A stretch of DNA of 64,000 bases from positions 284,937-348,936 of the forward strand of contig DTSZ01000001.1 in NCBI GenBank assembly GCA_012965045.1. Direction: 5' to 3'. A program made the translations under genes and the position numbers. Positions within the stretch are counted from its first letter, which is position 1; each line of letters opens with the position of its first letter. Shown here piece after piece: positions 45,633 to 55,251 of this stretch. The notes beneath the pieces are model-generated. The model was not told the origin of the DNA. It made no database searches and saw nothing but the letters and a program-made list of their open reading frames with translations. This DNA is from Candidatus Saccharimonadota bacterium (lineage in GTDB: Bacteria; Patescibacteriota; Saccharimonadia; Saccharimonadales; DTSZ01).

Positions 45633-45657
45633 TATTTTTTGCTATTTTTTTCGACTC

Positions 45658-46854
45658 TTAAGTATCTTGGCTTTCAAGTGCTTCTAGCAGGTTTTCCTCT
45701 AACTCAGCTTTGCTGGCGAGCTTCTTTTTTGGTTTCGATGCTTCCTCTTGTGTAGGTGCTTCTTTCGCTTCGGTGCTGTTAGCTTCTGGGCTTTGTTCTG
45801 GCTCGGTGGCGGTAGCATTATCAGCCGACACATCAATTTCATAACCACTTAATTTACTTGCTAAGCGTACATTTTGACCACCCTTGCCGATAGCAATACT
45901 CAGCTGGTCTTGCGGCACTTTAACAATTGCTTTTTTCTTTGTTTCGTCAAGTTCTACGCTGGTTACTTGAGTTGGCGCGAGGGCGTTCACGATAAAGCTT
46001 TTGTGGTCGTCTTCCCATTCAATGATGTCAATTTTTTCTTGGTCACCAATTTCACTCATAACAGCTTGAACGCGGATACCGTGACCACCAACAAATGTAC
46101 CAACGGCATCTACGCCTGGAACAGTTGAAAATACTGCTAGTTTTGTCCGAACACCTGCTTCTCGCGCAATTGCCTTAATTTCTACCGCCCCGTTTTCCAT
46201 TTCTGGCACTTCGTTGCTAAACAAGAATTTAATAAATTCAGTGTTTGCTCGTGACAAAATTAATTGCGGACCACGATTTTCACGTTCTACATCTTTTAAA
46301 AACACTTTAATACGCTGACCAACACCATAGTGTTCGCCGCGGATTTGCTCACTCATTGGCAAGATACCTTGAGCTTTGCCAAGGTCGACACGAACCAAGC
46401 GTGACTCAACACGAGCGACGCTACCGTTGATTACGGTTCCAATCTTGTCTTCATACTCGTCGACAACAATTTCACGCTCTGATTCTCGGATTCGTTGCAA
46501 TAACACCTGCTTTGCAGTTTGTGCAGCAACCCGACCAAAATCTTTTGGAGTGTCTTCAATAACGACTTCGCCGCCAACTTCAATTGTGTCGTTAATCTTT
46601 TTTGCATCTGCTAAGTTAATTTCACTAAATTCATTTTCGACGTCGTCGACAACCGTTTTGGTTACAAAAACTTTTGCTTCACCTTTAGTTTGGTTAAGTT
46701 GAACTTTTACATCCTGCTCGCGATCGCCAAAATCTTTTCGGTATGCAGCAGCCAATGCTTGCTCAATTGCATCTTGAACCACTTCTTCTGGTAGGTTCTT
46801 TTCTGTTGCGATTACTTTTACCGCTGCTATAAGCTGTTTAACTTCTATTTTCAT
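45658..46854 (-). CDS. nusA: Transcription termination/antitermination factor NusA
   Basis: 398 aa with N-terminal, S1 and two KH domains, plus an acidic/Lys-rich tail. SD AAGAAGGTG. Confidence 0.95.
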   Translation of the reverse strand: MKIEVKQLIAAVKVIATEKNLPEEVVQDAIEQALAAAYRKDFGDREQDVKVQLNQTKGEAKVFVTKTVVDDVENEFSEINLADAKKINDTIEVGGEVVIEDTPKDFGRVAAQTAKQVLLQRIRESEREIVVDEYEDKIGTVINGSVARVESRLVRVDLGKAQGILPMSEQIRGEHYGVGQRIKVFLKDVERENRGPQLILSRANTEFIKFLFSNEVPEMENGAVEIKAIAREAGVRTKLAVFSTVPGVDAVGTFVGGHGIRVQAVMSEIGDQEKIDIIEWEDDHKSFIVNALAPTQVTSVELDETKKKAIVKVPQDQLSIAIGKGGQNVRLASKLSGYEIDVSADNATATEPEQSPEANSTEAKEAPTQEEASKPKKKLASKAELEENLLEALESQDT

Positions 46855-46922
46855 ACTTTATTCACCTTCTTTTTAGTCTCTTAAAACGTAAAATTCCGAC
46901 CTGCCGGCCGGATATTACAACC

Positions 46923-46951
46923 ATTATAACTTTATGGGGTTGTTTTAACAA
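46923..46951 (-). promoter_or_regulatory. Promoter for nusA (TTGTTA-17-TATAAT)
   Basis: Read on the minus strand. Leaves a ~70-nt leader with a GC hairpin before the SD. Confidence 0.45.
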
Positions 46952-46953
46952 CC

Positions 46954-46982
46954 TTGAGTTACGGCCGTTGTTCTTTCATACT
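46954..46982 (+). promoter_or_regulatory. Promoter for pepN (TTGAGT-17-CATACT), 8 nt from the ATG (leaderless candidate)
   Basis: Read on the plus strand, back-to-back with the nusA promoter. Confidence 0.4.
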
Positions 46983-46990
46983 AACCACTT

Positions 46991-49492
46991 ATGACAAAAC
47001 GACTCACCCAACATCTCAAACCAAATCATTATGCAGTCCACTTCATTTTAGCGGACGACCTAGCAAGCTTTGAATCTCACTCAACCATCGATGCAACAGC
47101 CCAAAAAGAAACCGATGTGCTGGAGCTTCATGCCAAAGATCTTGATATCACAACTCTTACAGTTACCGCTGGTAAAACCACCATTGAAGTACAAGAACAT
47201 TCTTTTAACACTGCCGAGGACTTACTGGTTATAAAACTCAAGCAGCCATTAGCGAAAGATTCTGCAGTAACCATAAAAACAATAGCAACGGCTACAGTTA
47301 CTCCAACTATGCATGGTATTTACCCTGCTCATTACGAAGAAGACGGACAGAAAAAAACTATTCTAAGCACTCAATTTGAATCTCACCATGCCCGAGAAGC
47401 GTTTGTCTGCGTAGACGAACCGGCCGCAAAGGCCACCTTTGATGTTTCGATTACTGGCCCGTCCGACCTTACGTACTTATCCAACATGCCAGTCGACTCT
47501 ACTGATGGGTCTAGGACGGTTTTCGCTACTAGTCCCGTTATGTCAACATACCTATTAGCTTTTGCAGTCGGCGACTTCGCCAAATTATCAAAAACTACTA
47601 AACGCGGGGTTGAGGTTAACACCTATTCGATGCCGCGCACCATTGATCACACCCAGTTCGCGCTTGATGTCGCCGCTGATTGTCTAGACTTTTTTGAAGA
47701 GTATTTTGGCGTCGAATACCCACTACCAAAATCTGACTTAGTGGCAATTCCAGAATTTGCAGCGGGCGCAATGGAAAACTGGGGCTTGGTCACCTACCGC
47801 GAAACGGCCATCATTAATGACCCAGCCAATACTGCTCTATCAAACAAACAATATATTGCCGAGGTAGTCTGTCACGAACTAGCCCACCAGTGGTTTGGCA
47901 ATTTAGTCACTATGCAGTGGTGGGACGACCTGTGGTTGAACGAAGGATTTGCTAGCTGGGCGGCAGCGTTGGCTGTCGACGCTCTGTTCCCAAACTGGGA
48001 TGTTTGGGCTTTCTTCGTAGCCGAAGACTCTAGCTATGCTCTCAGCGAAGACGCCCTAACCAATTCTCACCCAATACGAGTACCAGTTGAAAACCCTAAA
48101 GACATTAGCGAAATTTTTGATGCAATTTCCTACCGCAAAGGAGCATCGATCATTCGTATGCTTAATCAGTATATTGGGGCTGCCAACTTCCAAGCTGGTA
48201 TTTCTAAATACCTAAAAGAGTTTGCATATGGCAACGCTACTACCGATGACTTATGGAATTGTTTAAGTACCGAGACTGATATTGATGTTGCTGAATTCAT
48301 GAAACCATGGACAGAAGTTATGGGCTTTCCTGCTGTTTCTGTAACTAAATCAAATGCTAATATAGTGCTTGCTCAAGAACATTTCTTACTTAATTCAACT
48401 CGACCAAAACAAAATGTTACCTGGCCGGTGCCGCTTCTTAGTAACGATAGCTACAAGACCGGCACAGCGGTGTTTAACTCAACAAGCACACAGTTGCCAT
48501 ATAATGATAATTTTCTAAAAATTAATAGTGGTCATTCTGGCTTTTACCGGACGAACTACTCCCCAAAGCTTCAAGAAACCCTATCGCAACAAATAGACCG
48601 CTTGCCATTAGTTGACCGTTTAGGGATTTTAGACGATGCGGCTGAACTTGCCGTTGCTGGCATAAAACCTACAACTGAGGTGCTGGAACTATTAAAAAAT
48701 TATGCTAACGAAGATAAGTCACAGGTATGGTCAGTTATAGGTTCCACGATTCACTCAGTTCGAAGCACGTTACTCGGCGAGGAAAACGAGCACCTGTTAA
48801 AAGGACTCGTAGAGCAGCTTATTGAGCAAAAATACAATGAGCTGGGCTGGGAAGAAGCAAAAGGTGAATCTGAAAACGACCAATTGGTACGCCCAGTAGT
48901 GCTTGCCCTAGCAACCCGATTTGACCTATTTGATGCACGTAAACAAGTTGAATCTATATATAACAGCGATACCACTGCGCCAAATCTTCGGGGATTAATT
49001 TATGGCCACAAAGCTAAATATGGTGATAAAGATTTATATAAGATTTTTTGGAATAATTATTTGCAAGAAGATCTGCAGGAGCAAAAAAATCGTTGGGCTC
49101 GAGCGCTGACTGAGTTCAGGGAACCGGAGCTAATTCATCAAACTATCGATGCAATCCAGTCGGAACATGTTCGACTACAAGACACTATTAGCTGGGCAGC
49201 CGGTTTAATGCGCAACACCAAAGCCCAACAGGCATTTTGGGAATGGTACAAACAAAACTGGGTTTGGATAGAAAGCAATTATTCTGCAGGACATATTTAC
49301 AGTTATTTTGTAGCGATTCTTGGCTTCTTTAAAGACCAGTCAAGAATTGAAGAAATCAAGGACTTTTTTGCTGATAAAAACACCGACGGTATAGGTCGCT
49401 CGATCGAACAAGTTATTGAAAAAATCGAATATAAGTCAGCCTGGAAGAAACGAGACTCCGAAGCTGTAAAAAACTGGCTGACTAAACAGTAA
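46991..49492 (+). CDS. pepN: Aminopeptidase N (M1 family zinc metallopeptidase)
   Basis: 833 aa with GAMENWG and HELAHQWFGNLVTMQWWDDLWLNEG motifs. Confidence 0.93.
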   Translation: MTKRLTQHLKPNHYAVHFILADDLASFESHSTIDATAQKETDVLELHAKDLDITTLTVTAGKTTIEVQEHSFNTAEDLLVIKLKQPLAKDSAVTIKTIATATVTPTMHGIYPAHYEEDGQKKTILSTQFESHHAREAFVCVDEPAAKATFDVSITGPSDLTYLSNMPVDSTDGSRTVFATSPVMSTYLLAFAVGDFAKLSKTTKRGVEVNTYSMPRTIDHTQFALDVAADCLDFFEEYFGVEYPLPKSDLVAIPEFAAGAMENWGLVTYRETAIINDPANTALSNKQYIAEVVCHELAHQWFGNLVTMQWWDDLWLNEGFASWAAALAVDALFPNWDVWAFFVAEDSSYALSEDALTNSHPIRVPVENPKDISEIFDAISYRKGASIIRMLNQYIGAANFQAGISKYLKEFAYGNATTDDLWNCLSTETDIDVAEFMKPWTEVMGFPAVSVTKSNANIVLAQEHFLLNSTRPKQNVTWPVPLLSNDSYKTGTAVFNSTSTQLPYNDNFLKINSGHSGFYRTNYSPKLQETLSQQIDRLPLVDRLGILDDAAELAVAGIKPTTEVLELLKNYANEDKSQVWSVIGSTIHSVRSTLLGEENEHLLKGLVEQLIEQKYNELGWEEAKGESENDQLVRPVVLALATRFDLFDARKQVESIYNSDTTAPNLRGLIYGHKAKYGDKDLYKIFWNNYLQEDLQEQKNRWARALTEFREPELIHQTIDAIQSEHVRLQDTISWAAGLMRNTKAQQAFWEWYKQNWVWIESNYSAGHIYSYFVAILGFFKDQSRIEEIKDFFADKNTDGIGRSIEQVIEKIEYKSAWKKRDSEAVKNWLTKQ

Positions 49493-49832
49493 CATTCTCA
49501 ATAAGTTCAAAATTTAAAGCACCGAGCTGACCGGTCACTGCAACGACATCAATTTGTACCGTGCCTTTCCACGGATATTCAGCTAGGTACAGCTGCGCGC
49601 CACGTTTTAGCCTATTAAATTTGCCTATGGTGACTGCGCTAAAACCGTCACCACTGTAAAGGCTGCTTCGATACTTCACTTCAATAAAGTGAAGTGACTT
49701 TTTGTATTTCATAATTACGTCAATTTCGACGCTCGGAAGCTTCCAATTTGTTTCAACAAGTTTCCATTTTTTTGTGTGTTGCAACCATTGAGCAGCTGAT
49801 TCCTCAGCCTCTTGGCCTATGAGAGTGCTCAC
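49482..49832 (-). CDS. yraN: YraN family (UPF0102) endonuclease-like protein
   Basis: 116 aa. GQEAEESAAQWL...VEIDVIM...HFIEVKYR pattern. Confidence 0.82.
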   Translation of the reverse strand: MSTLIGQEAEESAAQWLQHTKKWKLVETNWKLPSVEIDVIMKYKKSLHFIEVKYRSSLYSGDGFSAVTIGKFNRLKRGAQLYLAEYPWKGTVQIDVVAVTGQLGALNFELIENVTV

Positions 49833-50368
49833 TGCACTCCTTTAAAACTTAGACGGTGAAAGGACGTTGGCCCATATTCAGCCAAACTTAATCGATGATC
49901 TTTTGTGCCATAACCGACATGCTTTTCAAAGCCAAACCGATCATCAAGCAAAGCTAGTTGATGCATGTACGAATCGCGTAAAACCTTTGCAATTATTGAT
50001 GCAGCAGCAACTGCCGGATAATTATCATCAGCTTTGGGCATGCTAAGACTACAATCAATATCTAAATAATTCACAGCCCCATCAACTATATAGACTTCAG
50101 CAGTGAGCTGCTGTGCGCATTCATTAAATGCCGCTGATAAACACGAGCCCAATCCGTGTGTGTCGATTTTTTTACTACTTTGCCAGCTGATCGAAATTTG
50201 CGCTGCTTGTTTAACAACATCACCGAATAGCTTTATCCGCTTTGTTTGACTATAGAATTTTGAATCACGAATATCTGTAAGCTCACCGTCTTTTAAGACA
50301 ACACCAACTACACACAACGGCCCAGCCCACGCCCCTCGTCCGACTTCATCAAATCCTGCGATTAACAT
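49829..50368 (-). CDS. rnhB: Ribonuclease HII
   Basis: 179 aa. GFDEVGRGAWAGPL N-terminal catalytic motif. Confidence 0.92.
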   Translation of the reverse strand: MLIAGFDEVGRGAWAGPLCVVGVVLKDGELTDIRDSKFYSQTKRIKLFGDVVKQAAQISISWQSSKKIDTHGLGSCLSAAFNECAQQLTAEVYIVDGAVNYLDIDCSLSMPKADDNYPAVAAASIIAKVLRDSYMHQLALLDDRFGFEKHVGYGTKDHRLSLAEYGPTSFHRLSFKGVQ

Positions 50369-50454
50369 GTAAAAAGAATATAGGCTTTTGCACTACCATG
50401 CTAGCTGGAGATGTAGTCTAGAATAGATGGGCTCGTTTGCGTGTATAAAAAATA

Positions 50455-51000
50455 CTAGTTTGAATCTTTGTCAGCGTCAGCTGTTGCTTCAGCTTTTGGA
50501 GTGTCTTCTTTTGCTTCTGGATTTTCTTCAGAGGTTTCTGTTTTTAGTTCTTCGGTTGGCGTCTCGTCCGATAGAACTTCTTCAGCTTCTTTGGTGATTT
50601 CATCTGCTGGAACGAGCGGGTCGTTACTCGCTTCGTTAACAGCAACTTTGTCAAAATCAATCGCGCCTAATCGAGCAGATTTACCAGTTCGTTCACGCAT
50701 GTAACTTAAGTAATTACGTCGAACCTTAGACCGACGAACAATCTCGATTTTAGTAATACTTGGGGAATTCAACATAAAAGTCTTTTCTACGCCAACGCCG
50801 CTTGCAATTCTTCGAACTGTTGCAGAACTAGTTAAAGAGTTTTTTCGTTTAACTCGAATTACTAGCCCTTCAAAAACCTGGGTTCGTTTCTTTTCGTTTT
50901 CAACAATTTCTTGGTGAACACGAACAATATCGCCACTCTTAACTTGTGGGATCTGTGCCTTGCGGTGTTTAGCTTCAACTGCTTGAATAAGACTATGCAT
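50455..51000 (-). CDS. rplS: 50S ribosomal protein L19 with an acidic C-terminal extension
   Basis: 181 aa. L19 core (KSGDIVRVHQEIVENEKKRTQVFEGLVI...) plus a ~65-aa Glu/Asp/Thr-rich tail. Confidence 0.94.
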   Translation of the reverse strand: MHSLIQAVEAKHRKAQIPQVKSGDIVRVHQEIVENEKKRTQVFEGLVIRVKRKNSLTSSATVRRIASGVGVEKTFMLNSPSITKIEIVRRSKVRRNYLSYMRERTGKSARLGAIDFDKVAVNEASNDPLVPADEITKEAEEVLSDETPTEELKTETSEENPEAKEDTPKAEATADADKDSN

Positions 51001-51048
51001 AACGAGAGCTACATTATCACATCAGTTCACCCCAAGCAATAGTTTATT

Positions 51049-51540
51049 ATGAAAAACAACGCATTATTTCTTTGTAATATCAGAAGTGCTCTCAATGTGG
51101 GGGCAATTGCTCGATCGGCAGCAGCGTTTAATGTAAAGACAATATTTGTAGGACCGGAAACTCCATACCCTACTATTACCAATGATGCGCGCCTCCCTCA
51201 CATTCAAAAGAGTACGACACGTAAAATCGCCAAGACGGCACTTGGAGCGCTCGACCACGTAACGTTCGTGCCTGTGGCAGATATCGTAGACAGCCTGCAT
51301 GCGCTGAGCGATGACTACACCGTGCTAGGCCTAGAACAAGACCCTCGCTCCATTCCACTTACTTCGTACCGCCACAATACTTCTAAGCCGTGGCTGTTAG
51401 TACTGGGCCGTGAGGTTACGGGGCTTAATGACCAAGAATTATCAGCCTGTCAGCATATTATTGAAATTCCTCACTCAAAAAACAAAGAGTCATTGAACGT
51501 GTCTGTTGCAGCTGGCATTGCACTATTTAATTTACAGTAA
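51049..51540 (+). CDS. SpoU/TrmH family RNA 2'-O-methyltransferase
   Basis: 163 aa. NVGAIARSAAAF, LVLGREVTGL and IPHSKNKESLNVSVAAGIALF (SPOUT knot motifs). Confidence 0.87.
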   Translation: MKNNALFLCNIRSALNVGAIARSAAAFNVKTIFVGPETPYPTITNDARLPHIQKSTTRKIAKTALGALDHVTFVPVADIVDSLHALSDDYTVLGLEQDPRSIPLTSYRHNTSKPWLLVLGREVTGLNDQELSACQHIIEIPHSKNKESLNVSVAAGIALFNLQ

Positions 51541-52443
51541 CGTACTGCTCAGTAGACCAATAATTGCTACATGAAGCACCATATGAACCTCAGGGTGTTC
51601 GTGGAATGGTTTGCGAATGTGTTGTGCTACTGGAACTTTATGTTGCGTGAATAACATCATGATCAGCAAGCCCAGATTTATGACGCTAAGACCGGCGACA
51701 ATATATATCAGCGACTGCGGCACCACCGTAGCAATACGTGACAGTTGCGGCGAATCAAAAGCCAATACTTTTTGGGCAGAATTTTCGGTTGTGTCACTAA
51801 GAACGCCGCTGGTTGCAGCGATTGTTGATACCGGCTGAATAAATAACGCCACTGCATCATAACCCTGCTCACCTTCGGTTATAGACAGTCCAATCTGGCT
51901 ATAGCTTGGCTCAAGCAATGCCTCTCTGTGGCTTGGACTATTCAGCCAACCGGTCACAACTGCTTCTGGCTCGGTAAAGCCACGCGCCAATGTTTCGGCC
52001 GCTTTGGCATAGGTAACGTTGTAGGACCGCACAAAGTCCCATGGCTCAGTGCCGTCTGGCGAAGTGTGACTCCAATAGTCTTGCTCTGCCATGTGCAACT
52101 GCTTTGCTACGGCCGCCTTACTTAATTGTGTATTCAGCGACAGAGGCTGCATGTCTAAGCTGCCTCGTGTCACATTAATTGACCCAACCAGACGATTTTC
52201 AATAGACGAAACGCTGGGCTGTGAAGAGCTACGAACTTCTTGTCGAACTACACTAGTAATTACAAGCAATGCTGCTACGACGCAATACAACACAAGTAGT
52301 ATGGGGTTCCTTAGTGCGTTTGGTCGATAGTCGTTGCGACGGCTGGCAATAAAATATGTATGTGCCTTATAGCCAAAGCCTCGTGTTGCAATTGCGCTCA
52401 TTGAAATAAATATAGCATGAACACTTTGACAAGAGACAAACAT
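51532..52443 (-). CDS. Membrane protein with a CAP/SCP (cysteine-rich secretory protein-like) domain
   Basis: 303 aa. YWSHTSPDG...GWLNSPSHREALLEPSYSQIGLS is the CAP/SCP pattern, flanked by N- and C-terminal TM segments. Confidence 0.78.
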   Translation of the reverse strand: MFVSCQSVHAIFISMSAIATRGFGYKAHTYFIASRRNDYRPNALRNPILLVLYCVVAALLVITSVVRQEVRSSSQPSVSSIENRLVGSINVTRGSLDMQPLSLNTQLSKAAVAKQLHMAEQDYWSHTSPDGTEPWDFVRSYNVTYAKAAETLARGFTEPEAVVTGWLNSPSHREALLEPSYSQIGLSITEGEQGYDAVALFIQPVSTIAATSGVLSDTTENSAQKVLAFDSPQLSRIATVVPQSLIYIVAGLSVINLGLLIMMLFTQHKVPVAQHIRKPFHEHPEVHMVLHVAIIGLLSSTLL

Positions 52444-52594
52444 TTTACTCTGGCCAATAATGTTGAGAATTTTATTTCACACTGGCATTGAAATTTATAC
52501 AAGTTGGTGTAATTATTTAAGGAATCCAAGAACCTATTTGGGGTAGTTGGCTATATACAGGGTGGCGGTAATTCTATTATTTAAGGAGGTAGGT

Positions 52595-55201
52595 ATGACT
52601 GGACAGTTTGCTGACCAGCTACAAAAAACAAAGACACGTTTTATAACATTTACGCAATTAACGGCTGCTTTTCTGCTGGCGTTTAGTTGGGTTTCATTAA
52701 TTCCAGCTGATGTTTGGGCAGCACCCGGTGATGTCCGCGTAAGCGAGTTTATGGCGAACTCAGCAACCATTAGTGACGGTAATGGTGAATGGATTGAATT
52801 AAAAAACAATCTCGATACACCTATAGATCTCACTGGCTGGACATTGACTGAACAAGACGGAGGCAGCTTTGCGTTATCTGGAACGATACCAGCTAATGAC
52901 TACTTCGTTGTATGTCGAGGAACCACTTCAACAGCAGCGGTTAGTTGTGACTTAGAAAACAGCTTACTTCAACTAAATAACGCTCGTGGTGACACAATTA
53001 CGCTTCTAAATGGTGCTACTGAAATAGATCAGGTTACATTTACCGGTACTGATTCTGCTACCGGAAACACTGAGCCAGGCCAATCAGCTGTAGTACACGA
53101 AGACGGAACAATCGTTAATGACACCATCAATCAATACGAAGCCACAGGACCAAACTTTGGCACAGCTGGCGCAGCGAGCGATCTTCTTGACCCTGTTGTA
53201 AACATTGACGACCCAATCGCTGGCACTACGGTGTACAACGAATTTACTGTAAGCGGTACAGCTACAGACCCAGACAGCGGTATTGAACGAGTTGCAATTC
53301 GCTTCTTTGCAGAAGGCACAGCAGGTGGAGGATCACCAGTTCGCACCTTTAACGTGTACCCATCTACTGACGATTTTACTATTCAAATTAATGACGGCGT
53401 GAACGACGTTCCAGTAGGTACGTACGACATCGTAGCCCGTGCCCACGACAATGCTGGAAACGCAAAGTCCGATACAGTAACCCCAGTTACGATTGCTACC
53501 GATAGCCTAGAACCAGTTTCAAGCTGGGATGATGGCACTGGTGAAGTCTACATTAACGACGACCAACCAACCTTGAATGGCGAAGCCACCGATGACTTAT
53601 CTGGTATTAGCCTGGTTGAATTCAGAATCGAAGATGCCGACGATGCAACCAATGTAATTCAAGACTGGACCGCAGCAACTGCTACCGATGGATCGTTCGA
53701 TAATGAACTTACCGAAGAATTCTCGGCTACTCCAAGCGGCACGCTTGCCGACGGTTCATACCGATTCCTGGCACGAGCAACTGACGGTGGAAACAATGTT
53801 GAATCGACCGCGATTATTGTTACTATTGTCAACACTCAAGCTCCTGTGGTTACAATTAGCAGCCCAGCCGACGGCGAAGCCGTAAACGGTACTGTCGACG
53901 TCGTAGCCAGCATTACCGACGACAATATGTTTACCTATTCAGCTGAGCTTAAAGACCTCTCAGGCACAGTCGTAGCAGGCCCAGGGCAGGTTCCTGCCAG
54001 TGGCGACTACACCCAAACAAGCTTTACTGACCAAACGGTGTTTAGCTTTGACAGCACACTACTTGCAGATGGCTACTACGACATCGAAATTGAAGCTGAA
54101 GATCAAGCAACCAATGAAGATGCTGACTCAGTTCGAATTTTCGTAGACAACACCGCGCCAGAAACCTACGAAGAGCTATTCTCCCCACTTGACGACAGTA
54201 TCTGGACTTCACCGATTTGTATTGCCGGTTTCACTGCCGACAACCATGAGCTAAGTCATATCAATATCTACGCTCGTGAATCAGGCACTAGCGATGACTT
54301 TAGTTTTGTTAAAGAAGCTGCAGTGCACAGCGAGGAAATCCCAGAAGAATGTGAAGCTGTAGTTGATGAAATTCTAGAAATGCTCACCTCCGAAGACGCC
54401 GAACCAGTGGATGCTAGCGCAGTCGACTCAGTAGATGAAATCGAATTGGATGATTACGATATTTCATTCTGGTTCGCTGTATGGAATCCACTAACTGAAG
54501 CACCTTTCTATGTTGGTGAAGAAGTGTTTGACTTCAAAGTTGCCGGCGTCGACACTGCCGGAAATGAAGAATCAAGCGCCTTTGCAAATAACGTTGTGTG
54601 GGACAAACAAGCCCCAAGCGTAAACGCTGGGCCTGATCTTGAAGAATGTGTTCCATTCGTACGAACTGGCCAAGCAAGCGACAATGGCAGTGGCCTACGA
54701 TCTGTTCAATGGAGCGTCGTAAGTGGCCCTGGTAACGTAGACTTTAGCAATGCTAACAGCCTAAGCACTACCATGGTTGCAGATACTGTTGGCGAGTATG
54801 TCATTCGCCTAACTGCTACCGACAACGTAGGCAATGTTAACTTCGACGACTTTGTCCTTAACTGGGTAGCAGTTCCTTCTGGATCATCTAGTGACGGCAA
54901 TGGTCACGTTGTTTCAAGCAGCGCCGGAACCGGTAGTACAGGCCAAATCGTCACTGACGAAGCTGTAGACACCGACGGTGACGGCTTTAGTGACGCAGCC
55001 GAAGAAGCAGCTGGTACTGATCCTAACGACCCTAACAGCAACCCTGACAACCCAGACGGTAGCACCGACAACAACGACGGTGAAGAAGATGTTTTGTCTG
55101 ACACAGACGACGACTTTAACGTGCTGTGGTTGCTCGCTCTTGCAGGTATTGTTGGTATTCTCTACTTCTTGCTATCTCGCCGAGAAGAAGAAACCGAATA
55201 A
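52595..55201 (+). CDS. Large surface protein: signal peptide, lamin-tail domain, multiple Ig-like repeats, TSP3-like Ca-binding motif, C-terminal TM anchor
   Basis: Start at ATG 52595 with AAGGAGG 6 nt upstream. LTD signature is VRVSEFMANS...GEWIELKN...DLTGWTL. DTDGDGFSDAAEEAAGTDPNDPNS is TSP3-like. The C-terminus LWLLALAGIVGILYFLLSRREEE is a TM anchor. Confidence 0.85.
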   Translation: MTGQFADQLQKTKTRFITFTQLTAAFLLAFSWVSLIPADVWAAPGDVRVSEFMANSATISDGNGEWIELKNNLDTPIDLTGWTLTEQDGGSFALSGTIPANDYFVVCRGTTSTAAVSCDLENSLLQLNNARGDTITLLNGATEIDQVTFTGTDSATGNTEPGQSAVVHEDGTIVNDTINQYEATGPNFGTAGAASDLLDPVVNIDDPIAGTTVYNEFTVSGTATDPDSGIERVAIRFFAEGTAGGGSPVRTFNVYPSTDDFTIQINDGVNDVPVGTYDIVARAHDNAGNAKSDTVTPVTIATDSLEPVSSWDDGTGEVYINDDQPTLNGEATDDLSGISLVEFRIEDADDATNVIQDWTAATATDGSFDNELTEEFSATPSGTLADGSYRFLARATDGGNNVESTAIIVTIVNTQAPVVTISSPADGEAVNGTVDVVASITDDNMFTYSAELKDLSGTVVAGPGQVPASGDYTQTSFTDQTVFSFDSTLLADGYYDIEIEAEDQATNEDADSVRIFVDNTAPETYEELFSPLDDSIWTSPICIAGFTADNHELSHINIYARESGTSDDFSFVKEAAVHSEEIPEECEAVVDEILEMLTSEDAEPVDASAVDSVDEIELDDYDISFWFAVWNPLTEAPFYVGEEVFDFKVAGVDTAGNEESSAFANNVVWDKQAPSVNAGPDLEECVPFVRTGQASDNGSGLRSVQWSVVSGPGNVDFSNANSLSTTMVADTVGEYVIRLTATDNVGNVNFDDFVLNWVAVPSGSSSDGNGHVVSSSAGTGSTGQIVTDEAVDTDGDGFSDAAEEAAGTDPNDPNSNPDNPDGSTDNNDGEEDVLSDTDDDFNVLWLLALAGIVGILYFLLSRREEETE

Positions 55202-55220
55202 AATAAAAATTAATTACTTA

Positions 55221-55251
55221 AACCGCCAGCTAACCACTGGCGGTTTTTTTT
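55221..55251. terminator. Bidirectional intrinsic terminator between the convergent LTD gene and dnaE
   Basis: AACCGCCAG-ctaacca-CTGGCGGTT followed by a T-run on plus and preceded by an A-run. Confidence 0.75.

Noticed and set aside
45606-45650. The clpC-upstream dyad read as a plus-strand intrinsic terminator (9-bp stem followed by TATTTTTTGCTATTTTTTT)
   Set aside because: No plus-strand gene ends nearby. The sequence matches the CIRCE half-sites and N9 spacing, so an operator is the better explanation. A dual role is not excluded.
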